Shown one piece after another: positions 19,243-28,294 of a DNA stretch of 39,097 bases. Position numbers and translations under genes: made by a program. The notes below the pieces were generated by a model that saw only the letters and a list, made by a program, of their open reading frames with translations, searched no databases and was not told the origin of the DNA. Source of the stretch: a virus (Duplodnaviria; Heunggongvirae; Uroviricota; Caudoviricetes). Location of the stretch: positions 1 through 39,097 of IMG/VR virus record IMGVR_UViG_2609460219_000010, one strand, 5' to 3'. Every line of letters starts with the position of its first letter. Within the stretch, counting starts at the first letter, position 1.

Positions 19243-20864
19243 CAGGCCTGTCTCCCTAGCAGCTCCCAGATGTTCAGGGCTGAATTCATTGGGGCATAGT
19301 TGATCATCACCGAGTCGGCAAGGTTTGGCGACCGGGTTCCATCAGGCTGTTTATCAATAACGATTTTTCCCACACTATTAATGGAATAGGTCGGCTGCGA
19401 AAGCTCGATGATGAGTTTATCTTTGAGTGCCATGCTACTGCTGATTGAGATGATTTCGTCCGGGTTGTAAGCCATACCTTCAACCACGGCGCGCCAGGTA
19501 TTCTGAAAAAGTTTACGTAACCGCCACCAGCTCTGGGCTTTGGCGTTAGCGAAGAAGTCCTTGTTAAGACGTGCGGCTTGCCCGTTGTCCCCGCGAACAG
19601 CTTCATCATCCGGATCAAATACCGCGCCACTACCTCGAAACGGTGTGGCGAGTATTGACGGTCGGCGCGCAGCGTTACGCAGTTCGTTGATAGCGCGTGC
19701 ATCGCCGCGAACGCCAGCGCCCAGCCCGTCCTCGTCAAAGCGAAACTCTTCGAGGTTGTCCTGTTCGCAAAAGCCGAAAACCTTCTCGACGGACTGATAA
19801 ATGTCGCTGCCCACACCGGACCATTCCCGCACATTCTCCAGGAGGAAGCCATGACGGGTGGAAAAGGCATTTTTGTCCCTGCCTTCGTCGGCGACATCCA
19901 TCGCGCCAAGTCGTTTGCCTGTTGGCTGGATCCCCAGTTTGATATGCGCATCAACGGCAGCCTGTACCCATTCGGATGGAATCAGAACGCCTTCCGCTGA
20001 TGCGCTGTAGTTCAGATCAAGTTCCTGTGCCACCACCACCGGATTATCGATTTTCTCGCATTCCCTGCGATACCACTCTTCATCCTTGCGAGGATCATCC
20101 CGCCAGTGGAATGTGAATACCGGTATCTTCCCGCCATGACGCTTCTGAGCGAACGGGTTCGCCATGCCATTAACTGAACTCAGGTCAATACGGCAACGCG
20201 TCGTTTGTGACAACGCCGCATCAATCAGCAGAGGACGCTGAAGGAATGCAGCCTCATCAACCAGATAAAGCGTGGTACGGTCACCACGACCAATATTATC
20301 GCCAGCCTCGCCTTTGATAACGGCACCAGTTTCAGGAAACTCAACACGCATATATGGCGCGTGCTTCTTCTCGCTCCACGAACCGCGAAACTCTACAGGT
20401 AGTGTTTCCACGAACTTGCGCGCCTTCCAGAACAATGCTTTCGGGTCACCGGTGCTGTCGACGTATTCCTCTTTACGGGAGCCGAAACCGATAACCATTT
20501 CTTTGTTGAAGAGACAAAGCGAGCAGGCCAGTCCGATCGCGGTCCAACTGAGCCCCATTTCACGGGATTTTTCGGTAATACCATTCTCCCGATTGCCCCA
20601 GCGTTCCATAATCCAGTGGATCCACTCCTCCTGCTTAGGGAAGAGTAAAAACGGAATGGTCACCGGCAGGCCATAATCAATATTACGCGGGTCCGTTGTC
20701 ATGCCCCAGTCGATGATGAACTGAGCCGGATTGGTTCGGTAAAACTGTTTTAGTGCAGGCAATATTTCAGGATTCTGGCGAATGCGCTGTAAGCGTTCCA
20801 TCCGCCATTCAAAAACCATCTGGTAATCAGGATGTTTAAAATCGAAGGGGAATGGTAACGGCAT
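19242..20864 (-). CDS. terminase large subunit
   Basis: 540 aa; follows small subunit; size and order canonical. Confidence 0.7.
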   Translation of the reverse strand: MPLPFPFDFKHPDYQMVFEWRMERLQRIRQNPEILPALKQFYRTNPAQFIIDWGMTTDPRNIDYGLPVTIPFLLFPKQEEWIHWIMERWGNRENGITEKSREMGLSWTAIGLACSLCLFNKEMVIGFGSRKEEYVDSTGDPKALFWKARKFVETLPVEFRGSWSEKKHAPYMRVEFPETGAVIKGEAGDNIGRGDRTTLYLVDEAAFLQRPLLIDAALSQTTRCRIDLSSVNGMANPFAQKRHGGKIPVFTFHWRDDPRKDEEWYRRECEKIDNPVVVAQELDLNYSASAEGVLIPSEWVQAAVDAHIKLGIQPTGKRLGAMDVADEGRDKNAFSTRHGFLLENVREWSGVGSDIYQSVEKVFGFCEQDNLEEFRFDEDGLGAGVRGDARAINELRNAARRPSILATPFRGSGAVFDPDDEAVRGDNGQAARLNKDFFANAKAQSWWRLRKLFQNTWRAVVEGMAYNPDEIISISSSMALKDKLIIELSQPTYSINSVGKIVIDKQPDGTRSPNLADSVMINYAPMNSALNIWELLGRQA

Positions 20865-20866
20865 AC

Positions 20867-21418
20867 TTAGNCCATCATTTTTCTATACGCCTCTGCAGCC
20901 TGCTCCGGCGTTAAGTTGGTAATTTCTGTTCTGACTGGTCCTCCATCAGCGCCAGTCACTTCATTTTTGACGTTGTCTTTAAACGCCTGAACAGAAACAT
21001 GCTTACCAAGAAGTTCGAGGTTTTTAACCTTATCAGGCCATTTGATTTTCTTCAGGAGTGCGGCGCTATCTGCGGATGCCATCTCCACGACATCCATTCC
21101 TGATAACGTTGTGCGCCATACCTTAGGCCAGTCTTTAATGGGTTTTAGCTCACCGTTTTGCAGGAGAATGTCAAGCACATCCATCTGGTCGATTTCAATA
21201 AGGCGATTAAGTACATATTCTGCATTAATACCAACAAGATCATTGCGTTGCGCTTTCAGTTCGGCGATTCTTAACTTGATGTCAGGTTTTGACAGGTTTT
21301 CGGATGCGGTACGGTTAGCTGTCTTTGCGCTGTACCCCGCCCGAATAGCCGCTTGCGTGGCGTTTAAATCGATGAGGTACTCGCGACAGAACATTTCTTG
21401 CTTGTCGGTGAGTGCCAT
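20867..21418 (-). CDS. terminase small subunit
   Basis: 183 aa; N-terminus [30 protein letters not shown] resembles small-terminase DNA-binding N-termini; first gene of packaging module. Confidence 0.7.
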   Translation of the reverse strand: MALTDKQEMFCREYLIDLNATQAAIRAGYSAKTANRTASENLSKPDIKLRIAELKAQRNDLVGINAEYVLNRLIEIDQMDVLDILLQNGELKPIKDWPKVWRTTLSGMDVVEMASADSAALLKKIKWPDKVKNLELLGKHVSVQAFKDNVKNEVTGADGGPVRTEITNLTPEQAAEAYRKMMX

Positions 21419-21438
21419 ATAGTACCCTAGGAGATCAA

Positions 21439-22017
21439 ATGGATAATTTGTCTGAGGAATTAAAGAAGCCCCACAATGGTAGGCTTAGAGCTTACATTGC
21501 TGGATTATTTGATGCAGACAGAAACAAGAGGTGGGTTGACTGTTCCCATGCAATTACGGCCCACAATCAATGGTCGACAATAACACTTCAACATCTAGGT
21601 GCACTAGATTCTCGCCTAGTTAATGATGATGCTGAACTCATCAAGACTGGATATCTAAAAAACCCAATGCACGACTTAAGTGATCATATCACTTCTTCCT
21701 ATCTCTGGGTTTTAGGAATGTATGAACTAGTAAGAACATTAGATCAATTTGCAAAAAATGATGGATCTCCATTGAATCATGTGCGAAATGAGATACAGAT
21801 CTATAAACGTAAGATCAATCGTTTAAGAATTCCATTAGCCAAAATGGAAGCCGCAAGTAGTAACTCTGATGACTCACCAATTGCATATCCAGGATTGAAT
21901 CAAGCTTTAGGCCTTGCATGGCAATTGAATGAGCATGACTGGATCTCTCGGCGTGAATTATCTGATGATGCTCTCACATTATTCGAGCACATAAAACATT
22001 CAATGACTAATACTTAA
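21439..22017 (+). CDS. hypothetical protein, AT-rich moron
   Basis: Opposite strand to all flanking late genes; strongly AT-rich; GGAG RBS before ATG at 21439 (ORF track start 21412); followed by hairpin terminator. Confidence 0.5.
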   Translation: MDNLSEELKKPHNGRLRAYIAGLFDADRNKRWVDCSHAITAHNQWSTITLQHLGALDSRLVNDDAELIKTGYLKNPMHDLSDHITSSYLWVLGMYELVRTLDQFAKNDGSPLNHVRNEIQIYKRKINRLRIPLAKMEAASSNSDDSPIAYPGLNQALGLAWQLNEHDWISRRELSDDALTLFEHIKHSMTNT

Positions 22018-22152
22018 TTAATTCTTCTTTATCTCAGAGAATACCAGGCGGCGTTTCAGTATTGCATATCTTGATTACTGTTTTACTAGACGCCGTCCGA
22101 TGGCTTCTTTATCCGGTTTTTACATGATTATGTTCCTAATGCTATAGCCATT

Positions 22153-22182
22153 AAAAAAGCTACTCGTAGGTAGCTTTGTCTT
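22153..22182. terminator. bidirectional intrinsic terminator between convergent genes
   Basis: AGCTAC-TCGTAG-GTAGCT hairpin (22158-22175) flanked by A6 upstream and T-rich downstream. Confidence 0.4.
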
Positions 22183-22228
22183 AATCTTACTCATATTTAA
22201 GGTGAAATAATAAAACTAAAACGAAATG

Positions 22229-22435
22229 CTATTTACCAATCGTTTCCTGAATAGCATCAGTCAACCGCGGAAGGTATTTTATTGCCTCCTCCAAATCATA
22301 AGACACGTTTTTCGCATCGGTAGGGGCAGATACGGCGGCCTTGATAATTTCAAGAGCTGCTTTGGTAGCCACTAAACGCTGGTGCTCAGAATCAGATACT
22401 CGGTTATCGCCAGATTTAAAATAATTGTCCATCAT
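22229..22435 (-). CDS. hypothetical small protein
   Basis: 68 aa ORF, AT-rich, between KilA-N gene and terminator. Confidence 0.3.
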   Translation of the reverse strand: MMDNYFKSGDNRVSDSEHQRLVATKAALEIIKAAVSAPTDAKNVSYDLEEAIKYLPRLTDAIQETIGK

Positions 22436-22541
22436 AAACCCTCCATTAGATAATCAGAGCCTACAGATTACCCTTCGTCTTCATACGAATAAAGCATTAT
22501 TGCAGCCCTCACTGAAGGGCTGCCCGGATTAACCAGCAGAA

Positions 22542-23072
22542 TCACACCATTCCGGGCAAATACATTTGCACTTCATTTGCCGCTCTCTCACGTGCAACAT
22601 GAAGCAATCTTTTTCGCCCACCAACGCCCCACTTAGCCATTTGGCTTGCGCACTGGCTTATCGCTTTGGTTTCAGTATTGATGATGTGATCGATTCTATT
22701 CAGACGGGACATTGCGCCAACACCGAGACGGACAACCGTTTTGAAAACTTCATAAACTTCGATTTCAAATTCCGGCTTAATCCATGCTGCATATCTGATT
22801 GCCAGAAGTTCAACACCCCACACACCTGGTTCTGCACCACCTTTGATTATTTTAAGTGGCTGAATTTGTTCCAAAGTGCTTTTTTGCACTTTGGCCTCCA
22901 GTGCTTTTATAAAGCGTTTTATCTGCGCGCTACGCAAAAACTGGCTTGGGCGCTGTTGCTCTGTAGCCTCTCCATTTGCAACTGCTGCTGCATGGAGATC
23001 GTTTAAGTTGTAGCGTCCATCCTCATCAACACGAACGGACACACCATTGACAATAACTGTTGGGTACTTCAT
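22542..23072 (-). CDS. KilA-N domain protein
   Basis: N-terminal segment VNGVSVRVDEDGRYNLNDLHAAA matches the KilA-N/APSES-type DG-Y-N--DL signature; located after lysis cassette. Confidence 0.55.
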   Translation of the reverse strand: MKYPTVIVNGVSVRVDEDGRYNLNDLHAAAVANGEATEQQRPSQFLRSAQIKRFIKALEAKVQKSTLEQIQPLKIIKGGAEPGVWGVELLAIRYAAWIKPEFEIEVYEVFKTVVRLGVGAMSRLNRIDHIINTETKAISQCASQMAKWGVGGRKRLLHVARERAANEVQMYLPGMV

Positions 23073-23217
23073 CAGTAATTACCTTTTAGTGATGAACCTT
23101 GTCACACAGGATTCCGGCCCACAGAAAGGTACCGATCACCAAACCGGCATCCTCAAGGGTCATCCTGAAAGGTTCTGTGTTCATAAGTCGCGCGTGTGAA
23201 GCGCGTTTACTGCGGAC

Positions 23218-23242
23218 ATAAAAAAGCCCCGCATCGCGAGGC
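23218..23242 (-). terminator. intrinsic terminator downstream of Rz
   Basis: On minus strand RNA hairpin GCCUCGC-GAU-GCGGGGC (one G-U pair) followed by U6. Confidence 0.35.
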
Positions 23243-23274
23243 TCATTAAATGGACTTTGTGATTTGCAAAAAAA

Positions 23275-23724
23275 TTATTTCAGGCACTGAGTCCTGATGT
23301 ACTCCTGCAGGTAGTTAACCTGCGCGGTTATCCTGTCTATTCCACTTCGGAGACGGTAATAATTGAGTTCAGCATCTGCTGTAAGTCTTGGGCTTTCTCC
23401 ATCGCCCATGCTGCTGGCTCCGGTCGTTGACTTTGCACAGGTGGCGGAGACTTGCAGGCGCTTACGACCAGCAGAAACATCAGCACGGAGACTTTCGATA
23501 GTCGCGTTAGCATCAGCAAGTTCCTTTGTATATCTTGCGTCGAGTTCTGCTACATCACGTTGACGCTTCTGCATATCAGCGATGATGGATGTGGCTTTAT
23601 TGCGCTGCTCTTTGTAGGTCATGGCGTTATCACGGTAATGATTAACAGCCCATGACAGGCAGACGATGATGCAGATAACCAGAGCGGAGATAATCGCGGT
23701 TACTCTACTCATTGTTGCCCCCAC
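23275..23724 (-). CDS. Rz: i-spanin Rz
   Basis: 149 aa, N-terminal TM segment ([16 protein letters not shown]) and coiled-coil-like body; follows endolysin; contains embedded lipoprotein ORF. Confidence 0.75.
   Translation of the reverse strand: MGATMSRVTAIISALVICIIVCLSWAVNHYRDNAMTYKEQRNKATSIIADMQKRQRDVAELDARYTKELADANATIESLRADVSAGRKRLQVSATCAKSTTGASSMGDGESPRLTADAELNYYRLRSGIDRITAQVNYLQEYIRTQCLK
23337..23519 (-). CDS. Rz1: o-spanin Rz1 (embedded in Rz, +1 frame)
   Basis: Embedded ORF with lipobox-like LVVSAC followed by Pro-rich segment ([13 protein letters not shown]); exact start uncertain. Confidence 0.65.
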   Translation of the reverse strand: MLMLTRLSKVSVLMFLLVVSACKSPPPVQSQRPEPAAWAMEKAQDLQQMLNSIITVSEVE

Positions 23725-23758
23725 AAACAGACTTCACACTCAATCTCACGGCGAGTCA

Positions 23759-24205
23759 TCAGCCTTTCCATTGCTTACCGCCAGCGTATGTCCAGCGCCG
23801 TAGCTGATCACATGCGCCTTTGATATCGCCCTGGTTGATTTTGCGAAGAAGCGTCGATGTTCTGAAATTTCCAGCACCAACGTTGTAAACGAACGAGTAA
23901 AGAGCGCCGCGCGTTGTTTCCGGTATATCGACTTTGATGTACGGGTTAATTTGTCTGGCGACAGTGGCAAGGTCTTTATTCAGGAGGGCTTTGCATTCTG
24001 CTTCGGTATACGTTTTACCGAGCATAATGTCTTTTCCGGTATGCCCGTAACATACAGTCCATACACCAACGATATCTTTATATGGTATGTAGCTGACGCC
24101 TTCCAGACCATCGTTACCACTTGGGCCAGTGATTAACACAGATGCTATAGCAATAGCCCCGCCACCAATAGCCGCAGCAACGGCTTTTCGTAATGATGGA
24201 GGCAT
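23759..24205 (-). CDS. R: SAR endolysin (lysozyme, phage 21 R-like)
   Basis: 148 aa; N-terminal Gly/Ala-rich SAR-like segment [18 protein letters not shown]; matches my recollection of phage 21 R; start overlaps holin stop. Confidence 0.85.
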   Translation of the reverse strand: MPPSLRKAVAAAIGGGAIAIASVLITGPSGNDGLEGVSYIPYKDIVGVWTVCYGHTGKDIMLGKTYTEAECKALLNKDLATVARQINPYIKVDIPETTRGALYSFVYNVGAGNFRTSTLLRKINQGDIKGACDQLRRWTYAGGKQWKG

Positions 24206-24420
24206 TATTCACCTCTCGCAGCCTTTCTTCTGTCTTCTCTGATTTTGAAGTACAGATTTGTCAGATAGGTGAGAAAGCCCAACACAAGGCTTCCAAGCAC
24301 CCCAATCGCAGCCCACTGTGATGGACTGACCTGATCCAACCACTGCAAAAACCAGTATCCCGCACTACCAGCGGATGTTCCGTAGGCAATGCCAGTTGAG
24401 ATTTTGTCCATTGATTTCAT
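24205..24420 (-). CDS. S: pinholin (phage 21 S-like)
   Basis: 71 aa, two TM segments, dual-start MKSMDK; matches my recollection of S21. Confidence 0.85.
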   Translation of the reverse strand: MKSMDKISTGIAYGTSAGSAGYWFLQWLDQVSPSQWAAIGVLGSLVLGFLTYLTNLYFKIREDRRKAARGE

Positions 24421-24538
24421 AGCAACGCCTCCGCCAGTAACGGATTGCGTAGTTCTTATATTGGGAAGGGAGAAAAAGAAGACCGCAGCATAACTATCAC
24501 TGATGAATTCAGGACATCCAGTGGCTACGGCTCAGTTA

Positions 24539-24614
24539 TGGTGCTGGTTAACGGACTTGAACCGCTACCCATTCGCTTACAAGGCGACCGCTCTACCATT
24601 GGAGCTAAACCAGC
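24539..24614 (-). tRNA. tRNA-like gene, manual fold gives anticodon UGU (Thr)
   Basis: Minus-strand 76 nt: perfect 7-bp acceptor stem GCTGGTT/AACCAGC, D-arm GCTC/GAGC, T-arm with TTCAAGT loop, 3' CCA encoded; anticodon loop CTTGTAA. Confidence 0.55.
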
Positions 24615-24619
24615 ATATT

Positions 24620-24694
24620 TGGCGGGACAGCGTGGACTCGAACCACGATAAGAAGGTTAACAGCCTTCCGTAATGACCTTTATACGACTGACCC
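24620..24694 (-). tRNA. tRNA-like gene, manual fold gives anticodon GUU (Asn)
   Basis: Minus-strand 75 nt: T-arm CGTGG-TTCGAGT-CCACG, anticodon arm GAAGG-CTGTTAA-CCTTC, CCA encoded; acceptor stem has one T-T mismatch. Confidence 0.5.
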
Positions 24695-24785
24695 AAATAA
24701 AAAAAGCCACCGTTGCAACTTAAGAGTCACTAACGGCAGCTTATGCGAATAGTGTTGCTCATTTGCTCAATAATGTCAACACGTT

Positions 24786-25331
24786 CTATGCTACATGTTT
24801 AATTTTCTCTACACGTTTCCGGTTTTTAAACGCACTATCCAGAACCGGGTAAATCATAAACAACGAGGCATTGAGGATTTCGTCAACTTCCCGTCGACAG
24901 GTTGCGAGCGATGGTTTTTGAATGCGCCCGCCGCCCCGGCATAACATCTTGCGAGGTCTTGCGACGCGATAATAGTAAGATGCAATGGCGTGCTTGGAAG
25001 AGCCGTGGGCGTAGTAGCTGAGGAGGATGCCAAAGGCTTTCTTGTCAATGTACATGACGGAATCGACGACCTGAGAAATCAACATTCCATCATCATCATT
25101 ACACATTGGCCTTGTCATAACTCTTCCCGGCTCTACGCTCTCCATGAACTTAGCTATTACGCTGCTCATGCGCTTTTCCAGACGACCTGAATAAACCCAT
25201 GCGCCCCACAGTTCAAGCCAGCCATTCAGCCACTCGTGCTGTTCTTTGGTGAGGTTTAGTTCTCTTATGCCCATGCGCCTTCTCCCTTGTGATCTGGAAT
25301 GGTTTTTACTGAGAACGTCATGCAGCCTCAC
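24786..25331 (-). CDS. Q: late-gene antiterminator Q-like protein
   Basis: 181 aa ORF in the Q slot between ninG and the lysis cassette; Cys-containing C-terminal region; assignment mainly positional. Confidence 0.55.
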   Translation of the reverse strand: MRLHDVLSKNHSRSQGRRRMGIRELNLTKEQHEWLNGWLELWGAWVYSGRLEKRMSSVIAKFMESVEPGRVMTRPMCNDDDGMLISQVVDSVMYIDKKAFGILLSYYAHGSSKHAIASYYYRVARPRKMLCRGGGRIQKPSLATCRREVDEILNASLFMIYPVLDSAFKNRKRVEKIKHVA

Positions 25332-25932
25332 TTCTGCTGTTTCGCAGTTTTTTAAGTTTCTGTTGATACTCCGCCTTGATGGCCCTGCACTCTTCGACAG
25401 TCCAGCGATGGCGGTTATGGTTTGATTCGATTTCGTCTACTGCTTCCTGCCCGATGCGGTTAATCAGTTCGACGCGATACGGAACGAGATTTCCGCTTTT
25501 ATGTTGGTTGCATACCACGCATTGCTTGTGAATATTGCGTTCATCAAATCGGAGTTGAGGCGCCGCAGCAGTTGTCCGGTAATGCCCGGCATCCCACTGA
25601 GCAGACGTGAGCGTTCCGCACGAGATACATGGTAAGTCGCGGTCTCTTTCTCTGATGAAGGCGTTTACGGCTTGTTGGGCTTGTTTAATCCAGTAACTGC
25701 GGGGCTTTAAGGCGAGTTTTCGAATCTTAAGTTTATCTTTCTGTTTCTGCTCCTCTCGTCGTCGTTTCTTCTCTGCTGCTTTTTCCGCTTTTTCGCGTTC
25801 TTTGCTTCGTCGCTCGAGTGCTATCTTGGTTCCACACTCTGGAGAGCACCACCACTGATTAGCGAATGCAGGGTGAAACCATTCCCGACATTCATCGTTT
25901 TTACATCGTCTTCGCGCTGGTTTAGCCATCAT
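25318..25932 (-). CDS. ninG: NinG (Rap) recombination protein
   Basis: 204 aa; sequence matches my recollection of lambda NinG (basic [20 protein letters not shown] stretch, Cys clusters). Confidence 0.85.
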   Translation of the reverse strand: MMAKPARRRCKNDECREWFHPAFANQWWCSPECGTKIALERRSKEREKAEKAAEKKRRREEQKQKDKLKIRKLALKPRSYWIKQAQQAVNAFIRERDRDLPCISCGTLTSAQWDAGHYRTTAAAPQLRFDERNIHKQCVVCNQHKSGNLVPYRVELINRIGQEAVDEIESNHNRHRWTVEECRAIKAEYQQKLKKLRNSRSEAA

Positions 25933-26134
25933 CTTCTTCCTCGTGCATCGAGCTATTCGAATCGCTCATCAGCTCTGCACAGCAGTACTCACACACGTGA
26001 ACTTCCAGCACATGCAGCTTCTGACCGCAATTAGCGCACGTTAAAGCCCGCTCGACGCTTTCTTGTTCGTAACTTCGATTTGGGTCAATCACCTTGTATT
26101 CCTCGCACGATGTCTTAGCCACCGGATATCCCAC
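25922..26134 (-). CDS. ninF: NinF
   Basis: C-terminal ...[49 protein letters not shown] recalled as lambda NinF; N-terminal extent uncertain. Confidence 0.7.
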   Translation of the reverse strand: MGYPVAKTSCEEYKVIDPNRSYEQESVERALTCANCGQKLHVLEVHVCEYCCAELMSDSNSSMHEEEDDG

Positions 26135-26271
26135 AGGTGAGCCGTGTAGTTGAAGGTTTTTACGTCAGATTCTTTTGGGATTGGCTTGCGTTTATTTCTG
26201 GAGCGTTTCGTTGGAAGGTATTTGCAGTTTTCGCAGATGATGTCGGTGATGCTTCGTCGCTGTCGTCTCAT
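26089..26271 (-). CDS. ninE: NinE
   Basis: From internal Met: [23 protein letters not shown]...[20 protein letters not shown] recalled as lambda NinE; ORF track version starts upstream at 26361. Confidence 0.7.
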   Translation of the reverse strand: MRRQRRSITDIICENCKYLPTKRSRNKRKPIPKESDVKTFNYTAHLWDIRWLRHRARNTR

Positions 26272-26795
26272 TCTGCCCTCCTGACGCCCTGCCCGATCGC
26301 CATCAATGCCGCTTTGGATACGGTAGTAAACATCCGTCGAGGACTGATGAACGGTCGCCAAATCAGCAACATGGAACCTTTGCTGTTTCCCTTCTTCTCC
26401 AGCCCTGTCGATGGTTCGATAAAATTAATCCGTCCATCAGTAATGATGCGAACTTCGTCAATACTCTCCAGAGCCTTGCTGAACCATCCGACAGACATAT
26501 CCTCTGGCACAAGCATCACTATCGTCTGTCGCTGTTGTATGCACTGCTCAGCGGCTTTTTCCACCCACGGCCTGATATTGCTGTACGGTGGGTTATTCCA
26601 GATTGCACCGTGGCTTATCCACTCAGAATTTAGCGCGTCGTCAGCCTCAGTTAGCCAGTGAGCGCACAGAGCGTTTTTGTCGCTCGCTGCTGAATCCAGC
26701 CAGAATCCAAACTCAATATCCAGCGCATCAAAAAGCCAGAGCGGCGTTTGCCAGCAGTCCTTATCGTGTGCTGGCGTATTTGATTTGATAGTCAT
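26268..26795 (-). CDS. phage Dam-type DNA N6-adenine methyltransferase
   Basis: Motifs CWQTP and NPPYS (catalytic NPPY) seen in translation; start taken at MTIKSNT adjacent to ninB stop. Confidence 0.75.
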   Translation of the reverse strand: MTIKSNTPAHDKDCWQTPLWLFDALDIEFGFWLDSAASDKNALCAHWLTEADDALNSEWISHGAIWNNPPYSNIRPWVEKAAEQCIQQRQTIVMLVPEDMSVGWFSKALESIDEVRIITDGRINFIEPSTGLEKKGNSKGSMLLIWRPFISPRRMFTTVSKAALMAIGQGVRRAE

Positions 26796-27232
26796 GCAGC
26801 CCGATCTCCCCATCGCGCTTTCCACTCCAGAGCCAGTCGCGCTTCGTCTGACCACTTAACGCCACGCTCTGTACCGAATGCCTGTATAAGCTCTAATAGC
26901 TCCGCAAATTCGCTTACACGCATCCTGCTGGTTGACTGGCCTATTACCACAAAGCCATTCCCGGCAAGGTTAGGAACAACATCCTGCTGCTTTAATGCTG
27001 CGGTAAACACACACTTCCAGCTTTCTGCATCCAGCCAGCGACCATGCCATTCAACCTGACGAGAGACGTCACCAAGGCAAGCCCAAAGCTTTCGATTCTG
27101 GTCTAAGCTGCGGTTGCGTTCCTGAATGGTTACTACGATTGGTTTGGTTGGGTCTGGAAGAATTTGCTGTACCGCGTGAATAGCGTTTTGCTGATGTGCT
27201 GGAGATCGAATTTCAAAGGTTAGTTTTTTCAT
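26792..27232 (-). CDS. ninB: NinB recombination protein
   Basis: MKKLTFEIRSPAHQQNAIHAVQQILPDP... recalled as lambda NinB; start set at MKKLTF. Confidence 0.85.
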   Translation of the reverse strand: MKKLTFEIRSPAHQQNAIHAVQQILPDPTKPIVVTIQERNRSLDQNRKLWACLGDVSRQVEWHGRWLDAESWKCVFTAALKQQDVVPNLAGNGFVVIGQSTSRMRVSEFAELLELIQAFGTERGVKWSDEARLALEWKARWGDRAA

Positions 27233-27305
27233 GACTTCCCTCTCCCCCAAATAAAAAGGCCTGCGATTACCAGCAGGCCTGTTATTAGCTCAGTGATGTA
27301 GATGG

Positions 27306-27596
27306 TCATCTTTTAACTCCATATACCGCCAATACCCGTTTCATCGCGGCACTCTGGCGACACTCCTTAAAAATCAGGTTCGTGCTCATCTTTCCTTCCC
27401 GTTCTTCCCTGGTAGCAAACCGGTAATACACCGTTCGCCAGACCTTACCTTCGATAACCAGAAGACCTGCCCGTGCCATTTTAGCCGCGGCCTGATTTAT
27501 GCTGGTTACTGTTGCGCCTGTTAGCGCGGCAACGTCCGGCGCACAGAAGCTATTATGCGTCCCCAGGTAATGAATAATTGCCTCTTTGCCCGTCAT
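27306..27596 (-). CDS. ren: Ren
   Basis: 96 aa, recalled as lambda Ren; directly downstream of P. Confidence 0.85.
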   Translation of the reverse strand: MTGKEAIIHYLGTHNSFCAPDVAALTGATVTSINQAAAKMARAGLLVIEGKVWRTVYYRFATREEREGKMSTNLIFKECRQSAAMKRVLAVYGVKR

Positions 27597-28294
27597 ACAC
27601 TTGCTCCTTTCAGTCCGAACTTAGCTTTGATTTCTGCGATCTTCGCCAGAGCCTGTGCACGATTTAGAGGTCTACCGCCCATGACAGGAAGTTGTTTTAC
27701 TGGTTCAGGGATCGCCTCACCACGGTTAATTCTCGCAGTCATATGGACAAGCTCATCTGCGGCCTTACGGCGTAATTCCGCATCAGTAAGCGCATTGGCC
27801 CGCATGTTCTGATACAGGTTGGTAACCAGCCAGTAGTGCGCGTTTGATTTCCACGGATAAGACTCCGCATCCGGATACAGGCCTCGCTTCCGGCAATACT
27901 CGTAAACCATATCAACCAGCTCGCTGACGTTTGGCAGTCCGGCGATAACGGATGCTTCTTCCCGGCACCATGCAACAAACTGCCCGGGTGATGGCAGAAA
28001 TGGTCGATTCTGCCGACGGGCTACGCGCATTCCTGCGTTAACCTGTTCCATTGTGGTGATCCCGTTTTCCCGGAAAGCCAGAACCCACTGGCGGCGGATT
28101 TCGTTCAGTTCGTTCTGGTCACGGTTAGCCAGACTCGCCGGGAAAGTTGCCAGTAACTGGCTGAACACACCGTTGATGATCTGCGCTACCTGCTGTACCT
28201 GTGGCTTTTCGTCGTACTGTTCCGGCATGTTGTTGGCGATCCGACGCATCTGCTCACGGTCAAAGTTAACCATCTGTGCGGCGATGTTTTTCAT
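27593..28294 (-). CDS. P: replication protein P (helicase loader)
   Basis: 233 aa, near-identical to my recollection of lambda P across full length. Confidence 0.9.
   Translation of the reverse strand: MKNIAAQMVNFDREQMRRIANNMPEQYDEKPQVQQVAQIINGVFSQLLATFPASLANRDQNELNEIRRQWVLAFRENGITTMEQVNAGMRVARRQNRPFLPSPGQFVAWCREEASVIAGLPNVSELVDMVYEYCRKRGLYPDAESYPWKSNAHYWLVTNLYQNMRANALTDAELRRKAADELVHMTARINRGEAIPEPVKQLPVMGGRPLNRAQALAKIAEIKAKFGLKGASV

Noticed and set aside
19307-19954. 215-aa minus-strand alternative-frame ORF inside terminase large subunit
   Set aside because: Out-of-frame overlap with a longer gene; Arg/Ser/Pro-rich composition typical of shadow ORFs.
24420-24540. Possible toxin (stx-like) cargo between the tRNAs and the holin
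   Set aside because: Only ~24 bp separate the tRNA-like gene from the holin start and the region upstream has no ORF; no toxin genes are present.
24445-24651. 68-aa plus-strand ORF from the six-frame track
   Set aside because: It overlaps the two tRNA-like genes on the opposite strand and has no RBS; taken as a chance ORF.
24700-24785. Late promoter PR' downstream of Q
   Set aside because: A minus-strand TTGACA is present but I could not find a convincing -10 at proper spacing; left uncalled.
26137-26661. 174-aa plus-strand ORF across ninE/Dam
   Set aside because: Antisense to recognised nin-region genes.
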